This document shows, one piece after another, positions 59,531-64,000 of a stretch of DNA of 64,000 nucleotides. How positions within the stretch are numbered: position 1 is the stretch's first letter; each line of letters begins with the position of its first letter. The position numbers and the translations under genes were made by a program. Where the stretch lies: contig NC_043007.1 of NCBI RefSeq assembly GCF_006345805.1, positions 49,724,001-49,788,000 on the forward strand, written 5' to 3'. The notes under the pieces are model-generated. The model was not told the DNA's origin and ran no database searches. It worked only from the letters and a program-made list of their open reading frames with translations. The DNA is from Octopus sinensis (taxonomy: Eukaryota).

Positions 59531-61026
59531 CAATGACGACGACAATAACAACAATAACGTTTGGGTAGCTGTCGATTCAATGAACTCCATTGCTTTCTTG
59601 CTATTTTATTTCCCAGCCACTAGCACAACCTGGGATCCACGATTTAGTCATTCGACATGATAGAAAACTCAGTGAAGACTCCCTCAGATCTATATAATGC
59701 GAAAAGTATTTGATAAAGTAGCTCGAAGTAGACTTTGTTTAGTAAAGAATTGAAGGACAGAAAGAAGAAGAAGAAGAAGAAGAAGAAGAAGAAGAAGAAG
59801 AAGAAGAAGAAGAAGAAGAAGAAGAAGAAGAAGAAGAAGAAGAAGACTTACCACTGTTACTGCTGCTGCTTCTACTGCTACTGTTGCTGCTGCTACTGTT
59901 GCTGTTACTGCTGCTGTAACAATAAAAAAAATGAGGTATGAGACATTGCTTTGTTAACTTATCCAAACAAACCTGCACTCCGCTGTTGCTGCTATGCGAT
60001 GTTGGGGATGATGTTTTGCAGGAAATGTCATTACGCATGAGCGGATGTTGTTGTTAGATTCGGCGAGGGGTGCAAGAAGTTACAATAGAGAAAACGAGGA
60101 AAGCAATATTCCACATTCTATGAAGTACACACACGCGCGCGTGCGTGTGCGTGTCTGTGCGTGCGCATATATACAGTTTGTATGCATGTATGTTTGTATG
60201 TATGTATGTATGTATGTATGTATGTATGTATGCATGAATATTTTCTGGCGGTGTTTGAGATGAAACTTTAAGGAATAAATCTAAACATTGCAAGGCATCT
60301 AGTCCGGTGGTTTACCTTGCATCTGCTAATTTAGCTTCTTAAACACAACAAAAGTAAGTGTGAGAAAGAATCGCTTTTGTAATTCTAGACAAAGCCCAAA
60401 TTCACTGTGATGATAGGAACGTGGGAATCAGTGGTCGTAGTGGTCGTGGTGGTGTTGGTGGTAGTGGTGATAGGTCTGCAGACCGTAAAACGCATGGGTC
60501 GCGACGTAGGTGGTTGTTGGTAGTAATGATAGGAAGTGGTATAGAACTAAGATGGAGCGGAATGAGTTGGGAAGAAGCGATATCTCAGCGGATTTTCCAG
60601 ACTCAAAGTCTCTATCAGTTATTTTACACTCGTAACCTTTTATTTAAAAATGGGCGCGATATAAGGGAATGACATATAAAGGGATGGAGTATAGTTGTAT
60701 GGGATACAAAGGGGTGGAATATAAAAAGAGTAGAAAGGCAGGTGACCTTGTTGCTTTGCAAGGTGTTTGGGACAGTTGGGAGGTATTTCAGAAAGAAATT
60801 GTCCTCACAATAGAGAGATAGAATGATTGCAATACAGTGCACCCAATGGTGAGTGCCGTCGACTATGAGAAACTGTAGGAAATTTGTTGGAATCAGTAAA
60901 GGTTCTTGTTTACACATAGATGGACAGAGCAATGTGCGCTTTTGTGCGAAAAGAAAGATTTTATGTATGTATGCATGCGTGCGTGCGTGCGTGTGTGTGT
61001 GTGCGTGTGAGTGTGTGTGTGTATAC

Positions 61027-61065
<39 letters not shown>

Positions 61066-61179
61066 TATAGATATAACAGAAGTAAATAGACACCATAAAA
61101 CATCATTTTATGTTTATTCTATCTTTTAAAGTTTCATATTTTTTTATTATTGACATGTTTTATGTTTCAGGTTCTGTAT

Positions 61180-61470
61180 GTGCTTAATTATGAAACATAC
61201 AAAAGAAGCCTTGGAAGTGTCTGAATTTCAAAGGCCGTATTGTGGGTCATTCTGAAGGTAGACGTAGTCAGCGTAAAATCGCAGAAAACTTTGGGATCCC
61301 ACTTTCTACAGTAAATAGTGCGATTGTGCAATTCACCAGAGAAAGGAAGGATTCCACATAGCCTCGCCCAGATCAACCAGGGCCCTCTAACAGGACCCTT
61401 CTTTTTGTTAAGAGAAGTGTGGAGGATAATCCAAGTTGTCAGGCCTCTGACATAGCAGAACAAGTTGATG
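61180..61470 (+). mobile_element. Tc1-like transposase N-terminal (HTH) fragment
   Basis: [50 protein letters not shown], with one frameshift. Confidence 0.75.
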
Positions 61471-61604
61471 TCAGTACCACCTTCTAGCAACGGGACCAGC
61501 AGATCAGCCTGGTTTCGGGCTGTTTCTGCGTCTCTTCAGTACTGGACCTCTCGTCTGCTAGAGATGGCAGTAGCACCTTATATATTTTTGCTTATGTATA
61601 TCTA

Positions 61605-61641
<37 letters not shown>

Positions 61642-62143
61642 CCAATTGCCAGTATTGCAAAGAGTCAAAACAACTCTTTTGATTCATATATCTAGCAACA
61701 CTTGTGCTGATTAGTGCCCTTGTTCACCTTTGTGACGTATAGATTTTTGCCTTTATGTTGTGAAATGGCGAATTGACCACCCATATTACTTATTTGTGTG
61801 TGTGCGTATGTGTGTGTGTGTGCGTATGTGTGTGTGTGTGTGAGTGTGTGTGTGTCTTCATGACAAAGATAGAGGTGGAAATATCAATATGCCATGAGTT
61901 TATGGTTTACAGTTCTTTCAGTGCATTTTGCATCGTAACACTAACCTCAACAGGCACATCTGAAGATTTGCTATATTATACATGTTATGTTAGTACCTTT
62001 TGGTAAGGTCTTAAATAGCCCATGAGATGACATCCACACTTATAACATATACGCACATAGTACATACAACCAGACATAGGTGCATACATATATTCATATA
62101 TTACAGGAGAGAAAGAGAAAGGGAGAGAGACAGGTAGGAAGAT

Positions 62144-62232
<89 letters not shown>

Positions 62233-62985
62233 CAAACAGGCAGGCGAACAAAGAGGCAGGCAGGCTGACAGATAGACGGACCGGCAGACAGACAAACAGA
62301 TGGACAGATAGATAAATAGATAGATAGATAGATAGATAGAGAGAGATAGATATGATGTTATAAACTGTATTATATTTGCTGTACGTTAGAAACTATTAAT
62401 AATTAACCTTTGTACGTGAACAGCAAAAGCCTGCGGTTGTCTCCTTTGTCGAAAAATTATCATTAATTCTTCACTGAAAGTATGTAAATTGCCTCTGGGT
62501 GATAATTGTTGTTGTTGTCTCCCTTTATTTAGAGATTTAAGCTTCTGCATTCCTTCGCAGATATGACGTCAACACCAGGATTAGCATATAGTCCCTTAAA
62601 TTATTTATCTAAAAATAAGGACAATGGTGTATTTGAGTTCTTTCCTTTACATCATTTTATATCTGAAATTATGCCTAGAATACATGTTTTTAGTTCTTTA
62701 GGTGCCACTATATTACATTCTCTAGCGAGACGTACTTATTAATCCCAGTTTGAAGAACTGTATACATCAAGTAGCGATTTAACGCTTGACGAACATTTAG
62801 TGCAAAGCAAAGCCTTCTTAATCCGTTTTTTTTTCGTCTTTTGCGCAGTACTTAGGTAAATGGTACCAACATGTGACGTCTTCAGATAAATTTATGTTGG
62901 CAGAAATACAGACACTACTACACACGTTGACACGCACACACATATATGTGTGCATACATACATATTACATACATACATATGGGGC

Positions 62986-63018
<33 letters not shown>

Positions 63019-63048
63019 TGTATGTATGTATGTATGTATGTATGTATG

Positions 63049-63202
<154 letters not shown>

Positions 63203-63311
63203 TGTTCATATATATATATATATATACATATACATATGTATATAGTAAATCCTAAAAATCGAAGAACAAACAAAAAAACAACGCAGACTCTCAGGGTAGG
63301 GAAGAAAGATG

Positions 63312-63346
63312 GCTTAACGTTTCGAGCAAAGCTCTTCTTCAGAAAC
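63312..63346 (-). ncRNA. Minimal type I hammerhead-like motif in a Penelope pLTR-like remnant
   Basis: Minus strand GTTT CTGAAGA A GAGC-TTT-GCTC GAAAC GTT AAGC; canonical core, site reads GUU in this copy. Confidence 0.55.
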
Positions 63347-63439
63347 AGAGGAAAATCCAATAGAAAAGGAAGACAGCGGAAAAAAATTGCTAACCATATA
63401 TATATATATATAGAGAGAGAGAGAGCTATATATATATAT

Positions 63440-63482
<43 letters not shown>

Positions 63483-63500
63483 TATAGAAATAAATAAATG

Positions 63501-63541
<41 letters not shown>

Positions 63542-63546
<5 letters not shown>

Positions 63547-64000
63547 TTAAAATTACTAAGTCTCTCTAAAAGAGATCACGGCAGCGTTCCTGGAAAATAA
63601 TAGTTATCGCCATACTAATATGGCATTCTTATAAAAATAAGAATAAAGCTGTCCGCTTATTAGCTCCATGAGGCCATCGCCTTAAGTTAGCTATTTGATA
63701 CACAAACTGTATCCATATAACCTTCGAACAAGGGAGGTCAGTCGCTCCACACTACTTGATCGACAGCTACAGACGCGTTTCGGGGTATTGCCTCTTTTCA
63801 ATGTAGCGTAGTCAGACCAGTAGGTGTCGCTTATGACAATCTCTGTTCGAAGGTTTTATTTACCTAGTTTCAGTGGAATACATCCACTTGTTTTCAATAA
63901 TAGAAATATTAAAATTACTAAGTCTCTCTAAAAGAGATCACGGCAGCGTTCCTGGAAAATAATAGTTATCGCCATACTAATATGGCATTCTTATAAAAAT
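63542..64000. repeat. Start of a 362-bp tandem repeat running off the window
   Basis: 63542-63638 is identical to 63904-64000 (97 nt); begins directly after (TA)n. Confidence 0.9.
63751..63812 (-). ncRNA. Type I hammerhead ribozyme motif with U3:A8 core
   Basis: Minus strand ACTAC GCTACA TTGAAAA GAGG-CAATA-CCCC GAAAC GC GTC TGTAGC TGTCGATCAA GTAGT: 6-bp stem I plus 5-bp extension, stem II with one mismatch, palindromic ACGCGU stem III, GUC site. Confidence 0.8.

Overview
AT-rich, repeat-saturated animal genomic DNA with no recognisable host protein-coding gene. The SINE family, microsatellite density and retroelement mix resemble octopus/coleoid cephalopod DNA (from recall, not verified by search). 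Nearly all long ORFs in the track are microsatellite translations. Recognisable coding remnants are all transposon-derived: Penelope-like RT and GIY-YIG fragments, a decayed RTE LINE, three R4/Dong-type RLE 3' ends (two abut AAT repeats), a mariner and a Tc1 fragment. Two structures stand out. (1) 40417-50019 is a near-identical array of a 493-bp non-coding unit: 16 head-to-tail copies that fold back through a 5-nt microhomology into about 3.5 inverted copies, all inserted in a TA microsatellite. (2) At the right edge a 362-bp tandem unit carries a type I hammerhead ribozyme fold with the compensatory U3:A8 core pair. Further minimal hammerhead-like motifs occur elsewhere. Together these suggest a retrozyme/Penelope-pLTR-like system of small non-autonomous RNAs copied into TA repeats; that mechanism is inference.
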